Below, in pieces: positions 11,284 to 20,755 of a DNA stretch of 50,814 nt; position 1 is the first letter of the stretch, and each line of letters opens with the position of its first letter. This DNA comes from Stramenopiles sp. TOSAG23-3 (lineage: Eukaryota). The DNA lies in the NCBI GenBank assembly GCA_900128585.1, contig LT642163.1:1-50814 (forward strand). The letters are read 5' to 3'. The notes under the pieces are model-generated. The model was given only the letters and a program-made list of their open reading frames with translations, was not told the DNA's origin and made no database searches. Made by a program: the position numbers and the translations under genes.

Positions 11284-11664
11284 GAGGAGAGGAGGAGATA
11301 AAATATTACGGACAGATATAGATGATATCGATATGTACGAACAGCAGTACCGTAGGATTTAATAGGCCTTAATTATAATACTACCGCAATCGACAGGCGG
11401 CGGGCACGCACGGCGGCGGCATCATTTAAAACTAACCTTCTTCTTTATGGCCACCTTTTTTCCAATGATGGACTTGGCTTGGCACTCACGGCTACAATAA
11501 AACACTTTTAACACCGTGCGCTTTTTAAATTTTCCCCCCATCATCTGAAGTTCTTATTTCTATTGTTTGTGATTATCCTAGCTAAACAACAGCGAGTTAC
11601 ATTTGGAAAAGAAAAGCAAGTGCTGACTTTGTTACTGGAGAAGCTTAAGATAGAAACTTTTAAC

Positions 11665-13689
11665 ATGGGCAAGGGTACGGTTTCGGCAAAGGCGTCTTTT
11701 GATTTTTTTGGCGGAAATTTTTCGTCCGACATGTCATTTCGACGTGCATTTTTTTGTTTCTTTGTGATTCGGGTTATAGCTGCACTCACTTCCCACATAC
11801 GGGATTGTGATGAAACGTTTAACTACTGGGAACCTACACACTATTTGATGTATGGGTACGGGCTGCAAACTTGGGAATATTCTCCCGTGTACGCACTTCG
11901 TTCCTACGCTTACGTACTGCTGCACATTATTCTTGGTCAAACAGTCCGACTTTTCGTCGAAGTTGAGGACAAAATCATTGTGTTCTATGGGATGCGCTTG
12001 TGCCTGGGGACAGTCTGCGCGTTGTGCGAGGCGTTCTTCTACGTCGGGGTAAGCCACCGCTTTGGGAACCGTGTGGGCCGCTACACATTTATTTTCTCAA
12101 TCTTGAGCACGGGAATGTACTTTTCTTCCGTCGCGTACTTGCCCAGTTCGTTTGCCATGTATGCAGTGATGGCGTCATTTGGCGCATGGTTTCAAGGAAT
12201 GCAAGGGTACTCGATCTTCTACGCCGCAGCGGGTATAATTATATCTTGCTGGCCATTTGTTGGGGTCGTATTTTTGCCATTATCGTTTGATGCGCTGTAT
12301 ATTCGTGGGTTCTTCAAAGTGCTGGTATGGGGAATAAAGCTGATCCTGTTCATGTTAATGCCCGTTATTTTGATCGACTCCTTCTTTTACGGTTCATGGG
12401 GAGTTTTTACTCTCTTCAACTTGATCAACTACAACGTGTTCCGGGCAAATGCTGTGCTGTACGGAGTTGAGCCGTGGACGTACTATTTCATTAATGCATT
12501 TTTGAATTTTTCGTTTGCGTGGCCCTTGGCACTTTTGGCTATCGTTTTGCCAGTGGTGGCAAAAGTGTCGGGTGCAGGTGGGGTTGTTCGGCCATTTCTG
12601 CCCGCACTGACGCCTGCCCGAGTGGCGCTGTATCTTTCCCCACTCTTTATATGGCTTCTTGTCATGCAGTCAAGGCCGCACAAGGAAGAACGTTTTTTGT
12701 ACGTAATCTATCCTCTGGTAGCCCTTTCAGCTGGTATGTCCTTTGACGTATTATCTCGATTTGCTGCGACAAAAATAAGCGCCCCGGTGACAAAAGCAGG
12801 CACGTACTTGTTCTTTGCAGCGTTTGCCGGTCTTTCATTATCCCGGACGGCCAGTGAATTAATCAGCTTCAGAGCACCTTTGCAATTGTACCGGCATCTG
12901 TACCACGACGAACTCCGGGAGCACATTTCACGCCGTGGTGTAGCGCACGACGAGGACCGGACTGTTCAGGTATGTGTAGGGAAGGAGTGGTACAGGTTTC
13001 CGGCAAGCTTCTTCCTCTCTTCCAATTCTCGGCTTGCGTTTATTGATTCTGGATTCAATGGGCAACTACCGCAGCCATATTTTGAATTAGAAGGGGGAAC
13101 TAGGTTGATTCCAAATGATATGAATGATATGAATGCAGAGGAAAATTCACGATATATTCCCCACGAAGAATGTCACTATTTGGTGGACCTGGATATTGGA
13201 CCAGAGGATGGTAACCGTGTGTACAACAACTCAGCCATTGAAGGAAGCGACCGGTGGGAACAAATATACCAAGTACCATTTTTAGACGGAAGCAATTCTC
13301 CGCGATTCTCAAGGGTGTTCTATGTCCCATTCTATTCACAGAGAAAAAATTCGTACTACAATTATGTTCTGCTGCGAAATAATCGCGTAGAAATCCCGAC
13401 GCACAAACACATTCATACGCCCAAGCAAGTGTATACGCATGCGCACAGGCCCAAGACCCCCCCCCCCGTCGATAAAAAAGAGGAAAGGGTTGACGAAAGA
13501 GTTACTTGTTCATATGCTTCCAGATATCATAGAAACTGCACCACTGATTCACAAGACAACAAATGTTGTTTATACAAAGCCGGGAAGCGAAGGTTATTGG
13601 AATCGACAAATAACCGAGTCTCACCCACGTTTGCTGTTCGTGTACGGAGAGAACCACCGCGATTTTTTGAAAATGAGAGCATGGTTTGA
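11665..13689 (+). CDS. ALG9: Dol-P-Man alpha-1,2-mannosyltransferase ALG9 (GT22); probably continues in the +1 frame to 14143
   Basis: DCDETFNYWEPTHY, QTWEYSPVYALRSY, YLPSSFAM, LYGVEPW, HKEERFL, VCVGKEWYRFP, FNGQLP; start ATG 11665 or 11731. Confidence 0.93.
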   Translation: MGKGTVSAKASFDFFGGNFSSDMSFRRAFFCFFVIRVIAALTSHIRDCDETFNYWEPTHYLMYGYGLQTWEYSPVYALRSYAYVLLHIILGQTVRLFVEVEDKIIVFYGMRLCLGTVCALCEAFFYVGVSHRFGNRVGRYTFIFSILSTGMYFSSVAYLPSSFAMYAVMASFGAWFQGMQGYSIFYAAAGIIISCWPFVGVVFLPLSFDALYIRGFFKVLVWGIKLILFMLMPVILIDSFFYGSWGVFTLFNLINYNVFRANAVLYGVEPWTYYFINAFLNFSFAWPLALLAIVLPVVAKVSGAGGVVRPFLPALTPARVALYLSPLFIWLLVMQSRPHKEERFLYVIYPLVALSAGMSFDVLSRFAATKISAPVTKAGTYLFFAAFAGLSLSRTASELISFRAPLQLYRHLYHDELREHISRRGVAHDEDRTVQVCVGKEWYRFPASFFLSSNSRLAFIDSGFNGQLPQPYFELEGGTRLIPNDMNDMNAEENSRYIPHEECHYLVDLDIGPEDGNRVYNNSAIEGSDRWEQIYQVPFLDGSNSPRFSRVFYVPFYSQRKNSYYNYVLLRNNRVEIPTHKHIHTPKQVYTHAHRPKTPPPVDKKEERVDERVTCSYASRYHRNCTTDSQDNKCCLYKAGKRRLLESTNNRVSPTFAVRVRREPPRFFENESMV

Positions 13690-14143
13690 CAAAGAGCACG
13701 GTGAGCTTAGGCCCCAATGGCATTATACGGACCAAAAAACAACCCAAGGAAACATTAGGGGCGAGCCAAACGCGTTTCCCATCAGAACAATGTGGTATCA
13801 CACCATTCCAGGATCCGACCAGTATCAAAATTGGTTCGCTGACCGAGAATTGAAAATTAACTCCAACGTGATCACAGAGGACATTAATCGGATCATCGAG
13901 GCTTGGGAGCACGGTACATACGATTTTGTTGTTCTAGGAAGCAAAATGGTAGGTACAGGGGTGGCTAATTTACAAGAGCGCGCTCCAATTACATATGACT
14001 TCTTGAAACGCGAATTGAAGAGGTTGCAAGAAATTATAGATGAAGAAGGCAGCCGCGTAATTCGACTTCAAGAGCACCAGGGATCAGAAAAAGAGGTAGC
14101 AAGTAGTGAAAATGTCGAAACTTCTAACCACGACGACCTGTAG
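13439..14143 (+). CDS. Phage/giant-virus-type hypothetical (macro-like) domain; probable C-terminal part of an ALG9 fusion, ends in HDDL
   Basis: LLFVYGEN...IRGEPNAFPIRT...F.D...GTGVANLQERAP.TY.FL pattern recalled from a phage hypothetical family (DUF7831-like); overlaps the ALG9 end across C11 at 13457-13467. Confidence 0.65.
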   Translation: MRTGPRPPPPSIKKRKGLTKELLVHMLPDIIETAPLIHKTTNVVYTKPGSEGYWNRQITESHPRLLFVYGENHRDFLKMRAWFDKEHGELRPQWHYTDQKTTQGNIRGEPNAFPIRTMWYHTIPGSDQYQNWFADRELKINSNVITEDINRIIEAWEHGTYDFVVLGSKMVGTGVANLQERAPITYDFLKRELKRLQEIIDEEGSRVIRLQEHQGSEKEVASSENVETSNHDDL

Positions 14144-14328
14144 GCCAAGTGTGTTTCTAAAGAAATCTTATCACCAGGTTTGCATTTTATAAAAAAACAA
14201 ATTATATAAGTATGTTTGCATTTATATTTTTAATAAAAACTTTAAAAATACAAGAAAATTGGCTGTTATTTAAGTAATTAAATTTAGCTTCGTCGTACCC
14301 TAATCCTAACTTGGTTCTGTAATTTCGT

Positions 14329-14389
14329 NNNNNNNNNNNNNNNNNNNNNNNNNNNNNNNNNNNNNNNNNNNNNNNNNNNNNNNNNNNNN
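14329..14389. other. Assembly gap (N run)
   Basis: 61 N. Confidence 1.
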
Positions 14390-14397
14390 CGTAATCA

Positions 14398-14477
14398 ACT
14401 TCCTCATCCGATATCTCACTCAGAGATAAATCAATCCTTGTACCATCTTCCAAGCAGCGGCTTAATTGCTGTTGAGG
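14398..14477 (+). repeat. Diverged direct repeat, copy 1
   Basis: 61/80 ungapped identity to 17034-17113, starting with a 15-nt exact match acttcctcatccgat. Confidence 0.88.
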
Positions 14478-14594
14478 CCTAGAGGAAGAACACCGAGTTG
14501 ATGGGAGAACTCAGAGAGATAAAGTCAATTCATTCAAGCCAAAACAAGCTCAATTTTTTTAATTATTCTTTAATCATTTATTACGTTAACCGAA

Positions 14595-16841
14595 ATGCCC
14601 GTGCTAGTTGCTCCTGAACGGTCAAAAGATTCGGAAGAGCCGAAAAAGCCAGAAGAATCAGTCAACTTATATGAAGTTCTAGACGATAGATTTGCTCACA
14701 ATGGATGTGGTAGATTTGTTCTCTCTGCCTTTTTCTTCTTTATCACCTTTCACCTTAGTATGTCCGCATCGTATTACGCAGATATAGCTGGTGAAAAGAG
14801 TAACTTCAAAGACAAACTAATTGTGCCAAGCGATCAATTTGAACGAAAACAATTTAATGCCTGGGGTATACAGCTTGTGAGGGATCTCGTCGACAACCAC
14901 AGGTACTTTGGGGATAAGATGGAACTGATGCTAGTTCATGCTAGCTTACAACCAATATTGTGCAATTATGAAGAGCAACACCCAAGGGATACCGGCAACA
15001 CTCCTTCTGACGGAAACAGTGCTCCAAAATCTTCTTTGGCAAAAACTTATGAAAATATTTGCCCTGTTTTGTCCAGTGGAGTTGGCAAAAATGAGAATAT
15101 GACGTCGCTGCTGCAAAGCAAGTACAAACTTTACAGTGAATTTGATCCTCAGTACCGCAGGGACGTGCTTTCTGTACCTATATTTTCTGCAGAAATCCAT
15201 GAATCAAACAGAACGAATATTGCTAGGCAAGCACTGGGTAAGTTGGAGTCTGCGTTGGCTAGTGAAACAATGATGGAGCTGAAGCGTTTGGATGTTTCAG
15301 TATTGAACCCTTATGATCACCTTTGGTATTACATACTTATTGATCCAACGGACCAATATACAACTAAAAGACTAGAACTCCTGTTTAGGTTTATTTTAAC
15401 CACCCCACAAACGGAAAACGCATGGTTTATTACATTATTTGTGGTATTTCTCCTGTGCCAAATTTTGTTATCATATACGATTATTGGAAATATCTGTGAA
15501 GTTAACAAGCGAACGAAGAGTACATGTAAAACACTGAGTAAATCTTCAAATGGATTCAATTTATTTGTTGTTGTATTAGGGTGGGGAATCTTGATATGGT
15601 TGTGCATTGTTAACTTTATGCCGGTTTCTACCGATGCATTGATGAAACACCCAAAAGGAACACTCTATCGATTAGAAGATACAACATCCCAGAGAGTCCA
15701 ATACTCACTCTATTCTCAATTTTATTTGCGAGAGTTTTACACTCAACTCCTCACATCCATACTTTTGTTCTTTCTCATGATAATGATGGTAAAGGAATTG
15801 TCTTGGCATAGCGGCGCAAGTATTCTTACAAGCACATTAAGGCATGCCTATGCTGAGTTAGCGGATACGTTAGTAGTTGTAATAGTTCTTTTGTATGGTT
15901 TTGGAGGATTCAGTTACAGCCTTTTCGGTGCGTTTGGTGGTTCTCGTGATTTTCATAGTTTTTTGAGTTCAGCTAACACTATAGCACGTTTATCTTTTGG
16001 GCTGTATGATTACGACGAATATATATCGGATGGCTTGGGTCCTGGGTATGAAGGTATTGGTCTAGGCAACCAGGCATATTGGAAATATATCACACTGTGG
16101 ATGACGTTTATAATTTTAAGTACTGTTATTGTCAACATTCTGATTGCCATTGTTTCAGATGGGTATGAAGAGCATAGAGAAGAGCAGCGGCTACGGGTAA
16201 AGCGAGGGGAAACAATGATTGAGTATGCCACCAAGCAGCTTTACTATGTTTTAATTTTTGGCTGTTTCTGTTGCGGTAAAAAGCGATTGAAAAATCAAGG
16301 GGTTGAAAAGCTACGTTTCACTTGGTCGAAATACTCGGGATTATTACTAAAATACTGCGACACCGACCCAGATGGTATGGTATTCGATGATGCCTTGCAA
16401 AAAGATGTGTTTATGGGAATTCGTCAGGGTTATTCTGCCCTCAATGGTACCTTGCGAAAAGAGATCCATGAAGTATTGAAATCAATCACTGAGGGAAATG
16501 AAAGTATAGAATATACAAAGGAAAGTGCCCAAGAATTTTTTTCTAATTTGCAGTCGGAAGAAATGCTACAATACGTGATTGAAAAAATTATCGAAGTTGA
16601 CAATGAAAGAACAACAAGTAATGAAACAAAAAAACAAGCGTTCAAGCAAGACAATGTGTACCGTACAATCTGGAATGCATATAAGCAAGAAAAGAAAAAA
16701 AGAAAAAAAACTCTAAATCCGATTAAAAAGGTTGCGAAAGATGTGAAACGGTTAAATCAGGATATTGCGGAATTAAAGGGAAAGGTTGACCGCATACTAA
16801 ATTTGCTGGAAGAAAGAAGTTTTAGCAGCGGTGACCAGTAA
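14595..16841 (+). CDS. Polycystin-2/TRP-like cation channel
   Basis: TM1, large loop, five further TMs, pore region DFHSFLSSANTIARLSFGLYDY, S6 VIVNILIAIVSDGYEE, C-terminal coiled coil. Confidence 0.82.
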   Translation: MPVLVAPERSKDSEEPKKPEESVNLYEVLDDRFAHNGCGRFVLSAFFFFITFHLSMSASYYADIAGEKSNFKDKLIVPSDQFERKQFNAWGIQLVRDLVDNHRYFGDKMELMLVHASLQPILCNYEEQHPRDTGNTPSDGNSAPKSSLAKTYENICPVLSSGVGKNENMTSLLQSKYKLYSEFDPQYRRDVLSVPIFSAEIHESNRTNIARQALGKLESALASETMMELKRLDVSVLNPYDHLWYYILIDPTDQYTTKRLELLFRFILTTPQTENAWFITLFVVFLLCQILLSYTIIGNICEVNKRTKSTCKTLSKSSNGFNLFVVVLGWGILIWLCIVNFMPVSTDALMKHPKGTLYRLEDTTSQRVQYSLYSQFYLREFYTQLLTSILLFFLMIMMVKELSWHSGASILTSTLRHAYAELADTLVVVIVLLYGFGGFSYSLFGAFGGSRDFHSFLSSANTIARLSFGLYDYDEYISDGLGPGYEGIGLGNQAYWKYITLWMTFIILSTVIVNILIAIVSDGYEEHREEQRLRVKRGETMIEYATKQLYYVLIFGCFCCGKKRLKNQGVEKLRFTWSKYSGLLLKYCDTDPDGMVFDDALQKDVFMGIRQGYSALNGTLRKEIHEVLKSITEGNESIEYTKESAQEFFSNLQSEEMLQYVIEKIIEVDNERTTSNETKKQAFKQDNVYRTIWNAYKQEKKKRKKTLNPIKKVAKDVKRLNQDIAELKGKVDRILNLLEERSFSSGDQ

Positions 16842-17033
16842 TACAAAATGTTTTTAGGAAACATCAATTTGTGTATTAAATTCTGAAAAGGGATATATGC
16901 TCTTAATTAACCACCAGCTGCTCGCTTTTTTCTTTCAGTGACTTGGGTGTTTTTTTCTTTCACCCTGTTTTAAAAATTATGATAAGATTCTTATATATTT
17001 CACTCCCTCAAACTCAAAAGACCCGTAAACAAC

Positions 17034-17113
17034 ACTTCCTCATCCGATGTATCACTCGTAAATGAACCAGTCCTTGTGTGATTTTCCAAGAAGCGGCGTA
17101 AATGTTTTAAAGG
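17034..17113 (+). repeat. Diverged direct repeat, copy 2
   Basis: 61/80 identity to 14398-14477. Confidence 0.88.
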
Positions 17114-17234
17114 TGAGCTTATTTTTAATATTTAAATATATTGTTATAAAATTTAGTGTGCGTTGTGGTTCAAAATTACAAAATGCGACGCAGTCGCGAA
17201 AGTTACAAAAAATTAGGAACGAGAACTTACTTCG

Positions 17235-19763
17235 CTACCCACTGCTATGAACAATGTCTGAGACCTCTTTCATTTTATCACTTTCCTCCTCTGCCTTTTG
17301 CCTATCGACACTGCCTATAGCTTTCGTATTTTGAAGATCGCTTTTTGCACTCATCACATTTTTCTTCTGCTCACCAAGCTTACCCTTCAACAGTAAAACC
17401 TGGTCATCTAAGTCACGTTTTGCTTCTAAGGCTGCTTGAACCTCTGATGCTGCCTGCTCCTGCACACGCTGATCGTGTTCTAGTTCTAGCCTTCGACGTT
17501 CCAATCTATCAGCGTCTTCGGCGGCCTTATCCTTCAAAGCGGATGCTACAGCTTTCTTAACAGCAGCATCAATCGTTTTGGGTTTTGGTTTGCCCTTCGG
17601 ATGGTCCTTCTCATCCTTGCATTTTTTACCACAACCAACAACAATATTAATGACATGTTGTTGCGGTGCCGGTGCCGCAGGTTTTGGCTGCTGGGGGAAT
17701 TTAGCCGCGTTTCTGGCATTTATAATGTTGCTGACTCCCTGGAGCATTGCTTCAATTTGCGATTTGGCATCCGCTTGCGCTTGATCATTTAAATCGTCGT
17801 TGTTGAGGATCGAGTCTGGTGTTGATACGCCACTTCCAGCGTTGATCTTCGCGGCCAATTGTTGATAATTAGCTTTGAGTCGGCCCAAGTCTGCATGCAA
17901 TTTGGCCTTCAGGTCCTTTAATTTTCCTATTTCTGCGTTTCTTTTCGCTTCCTTCGAATGGGCGTCTTTTTTTAATTTCTCCGCAAGCATTTCAGATTTC
18001 TTTGCCCTCTCCATCAACCTCTCTAACTCAGCCTGGGCCGCTTTTGCGTCATCCTCTATTGATTTACCCTTTTCAGATGCTGCCAATAGCATTTTTTCGT
18101 TCGCAAGCGCCTTCTGGTTTATCAATCTAATAGCTTCTCTAGCTTTGCGAACGTCTTCGTGCCTTCCAAGTGCCTCGGCTTCTTGGGCTTCCAGTTGCTT
18201 GATTTTTCGCTGCTGCAAAAGTTGGTGTTGCAAGGCTGCAATTCGGCGTTCATGTTCGGCTGCAGCTTTGACATGCGCATCAAGGCGTTGCTGTTTCTGT
18301 TCTTGCCCACTTACTTCTGCGTCTTCTTTCGCCGCCTCCCGCAGGGCTTTGTTTTTCTTACCCGTGGTAGAGTCGTATTCACCCTGGAGAGCTTTCAACT
18401 GGTTCGTTTCATCCCGAAACTTCTTTTGTTCCGCTGCAACTTCCTTTTTGACACTTTTCCCCGACGACGGAGTTGCCTTCTCGAATTCCTTGGCCAACCC
18501 TTTCGCGATTATACGGTGCAAACGTTGAATGTTTCCCTCCGCAGTCTTCAGCTTCAATTTGATGCGATCAACAACGTCATCGCTTTCTTTTGCAGTTATC
18601 GATTCGTTCAAGCTTCGTTTAATTTCTAGCATCTTTTTCTCTTCTAGGTATAGGCGCTGAATGACACTGTATCGATCGTTTAGCCCCCCCCTGAAATGGC
18701 TCATTATTTCGGGGACACCCAATGATTCATAAAGGGAAGTCGCAAGTTTTCCTTGCTGGTTTATTCGCCCATTTCTCATCAGTGTTATCTCTCGTTTCCC
18801 CTCAAAAATGCACGCGCTTATCAGACTTTGACACACTTCCTCATACTTCTTCAAAACTCTTATCTTAGTTCCAGCGGTGGCCGCCGACGTCTCCAATTTT
18901 TGTAATTTGGATTTCCATTTGGCGATTTCTTCAGCTTTGATATCCTTTGCCCCACTCTTACTGTTGGCAATCTTGTTCCTCAACGCGCTAATTTCTTTTA
19001 CGCTGTCATGATGCAAGCCAATATTTGCACCCAGAGCAACGAGTTTATTGATAAGAGACTCCAGCTTTTTCTTCGCTTGGGAGTTTTTTCCACTGCTGGG
19101 GTTTTCGTCCAGCATACGGATAATTGTCCGAACATTATTTATGAAATCTTGTGTGTCGGCATTGAACTTACCCATGACCGCAGTTAACTCCGACGTCCAA
19201 TCAACACCGGCACTTTCCCTGACTTCCAAAAAGGCAGGAGACTCGGGCTGTTTTGCGTACAGCTCCGACAGTTGGTTCAAATCTGCTTTCACGTTTGCAA
19301 ACGCCGACTGCAAGTTCTTCAAGGCGTTTTCCAACGCGAGGATAAGTCCTTCCATACGATTTGACGGGTTCTGGTGACCATTGTCATCTGAATTAGGTGT
19401 GATAAATCTATCCATGACCGTTCGAACAATATATTCATTAACGTGATCCAGTTGCAACTTTGTTGCGTTCCCAGTGTACTGGGGCAGCGTCTGCAAGGCA
19501 TGGCCATGGCTGAGCTTATCCATAATTGCGTTAATTCCATGGTCAAAGGCTGGGATACTCTTCTTGGTTACCTTTTCAATGATCGGGGCATTCACCTTTG
19601 CATGCTGAGCCTTGATTTCCTCCAGTGTGTCGTTCGCAAGAACCTTTCTAACTTTAGTAATCACTTCTGACGTTGACTGAACAGGGGACTGGCGCAAATA
19701 GTGACCATCAGCGACTACCGCTGCAGCGCAGAGGACTATCAGTGCACTTCCTAAACGCGACAT
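17235..19763 (-). CDS. Secreted long coiled-coil protein, unknown function
   Basis: Long ORF; ATG 19763 gives signal peptide MSRLGSALIVLCAAAVVADG; extensive K/E/A/Q heptad sequence. Confidence 0.85.
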   Translation of the reverse strand: MSRLGSALIVLCAAAVVADGHYLRQSPVQSTSEVITKVRKVLANDTLEEIKAQHAKVNAPIIEKVTKKSIPAFDHGINAIMDKLSHGHALQTLPQYTGNATKLQLDHVNEYIVRTVMDRFITPNSDDNGHQNPSNRMEGLILALENALKNLQSAFANVKADLNQLSELYAKQPESPAFLEVRESAGVDWTSELTAVMGKFNADTQDFINNVRTIIRMLDENPSSGKNSQAKKKLESLINKLVALGANIGLHHDSVKEISALRNKIANSKSGAKDIKAEEIAKWKSKLQKLETSAATAGTKIRVLKKYEEVCQSLISACIFEGKREITLMRNGRINQQGKLATSLYESLGVPEIMSHFRGGLNDRYSVIQRLYLEEKKMLEIKRSLNESITAKESDDVVDRIKLKLKTAEGNIQRLHRIIAKGLAKEFEKATPSSGKSVKKEVAAEQKKFRDETNQLKALQGEYDSTTGKKNKALREAAKEDAEVSGQEQKQQRLDAHVKAAAEHERRIAALQHQLLQQRKIKQLEAQEAEALGRHEDVRKAREAIRLINQKALANEKMLLAASEKGKSIEDDAKAAQAELERLMERAKKSEMLAEKLKKDAHSKEAKRNAEIGKLKDLKAKLHADLGRLKANYQQLAAKINAGSGVSTPDSILNNDDLNDQAQADAKSQIEAMLQGVSNIINARNAAKFPQQPKPAAPAPQQHVINIVVGCGKKCKDEKDHPKGKPKPKTIDAAVKKAVASALKDKAAEDADRLERRRLELEHDQRVQEQAASEVQAALEAKRDLDDQVLLLKGKLGEQKKNVMSAKSDLQNTKAIGSVDRQKAEEESDKMKEVSDIVHSSG

Positions 19764-20755
19764 TGTAAGCAGTTTCCCCAACGAATGTTTCTGTGAAGGT
19801 CAATGGCTATGCATCCGATTCCTTTTGTGTGAATTCCGTTCTTTATACCAGGCTAACAATGTAGGTGTGCGCAACCGCCTGATACGAGAGAGATGGCTTG
19901 TTAACCGATCTTCGATGGCATTATAATTATTGTAATAATAACAACACGATGATGGTAGAAGGAAGGGGCCTTCATATTTTAAATTTAATTATAAGTAGAT
20001 GAAGAAAGGACCGTCTTCTTCTGTAGAAAACTATTAGGGACACGGAGTATACAAATAATTGTACTTTTGTTTTTAAATGTTGGCCGGGGGGTAAGGAGGC
20101 AGTCCAAACAGTATCTCTTATTTATAAAATAATTGTACATTTATGTGGAACACCTTTATTCAATACATATACTGTGCAGTTATTATAAATAAAGTTAGTG
20201 TCAAAAATTACTTGATCATTGTTCCAACATAAAATGAGGAGCCGAAAACCGACGAAGAAGTCCATGCAAAAAAAAGGGGGATAATGATATTGTAATGTAA
20301 TTCCTATGCAGTACACTCTTATTGGAATTGTTTTGTACTTCCCCGTAGTCTTTTACTACGCATAGAATAAAATACAAATGGGCTCAGCACTCGAACTGTT
20401 TAGCCTTGTGAAGTTTGATGGGAAGGAAGGTCTGTGCTATCAAGGTGCTATTTGCCTTTTCTTGCTTGCATATTGGTTGGATTATTTATTATTTATAATA
20501 ATTATTTGACTTCTCCTTTCCTCATAACTACTATCTATCTGTTACAGCGTTCTATTTGTTTGAAAGGAAAGTTATGCGTGCGTGCGTGCGCTTTCCATCG
20601 AGTCTAGTGCGATGGGATAGGCAGTTCATTCGGAAGGAAAGCAAAAGGAACGTTGCGGCTGAGGAGTTGTAAAACAAAGCAACGTAAAGGACGCGAAAAT
20701 TTCCTTTTACTGGGAGTAGCTGGATTAAAATACATAGTAATTATATTTCACTACC

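Noticed and set aside
10819..11301. Poly-F/S/K ORFs here and at 32708-33032, 24-365 and 28754-29035
   Set aside because: Translations of microsatellite or low-complexity spacer DNA.
17875..18629. Long antisense and alternate-frame ORFs over coiled-coil and GC-rich genes (also 21361-21834, 26025-26636, 37069-37761)
   Set aside because: Shadow ORFs of real genes, with no independent protein features.
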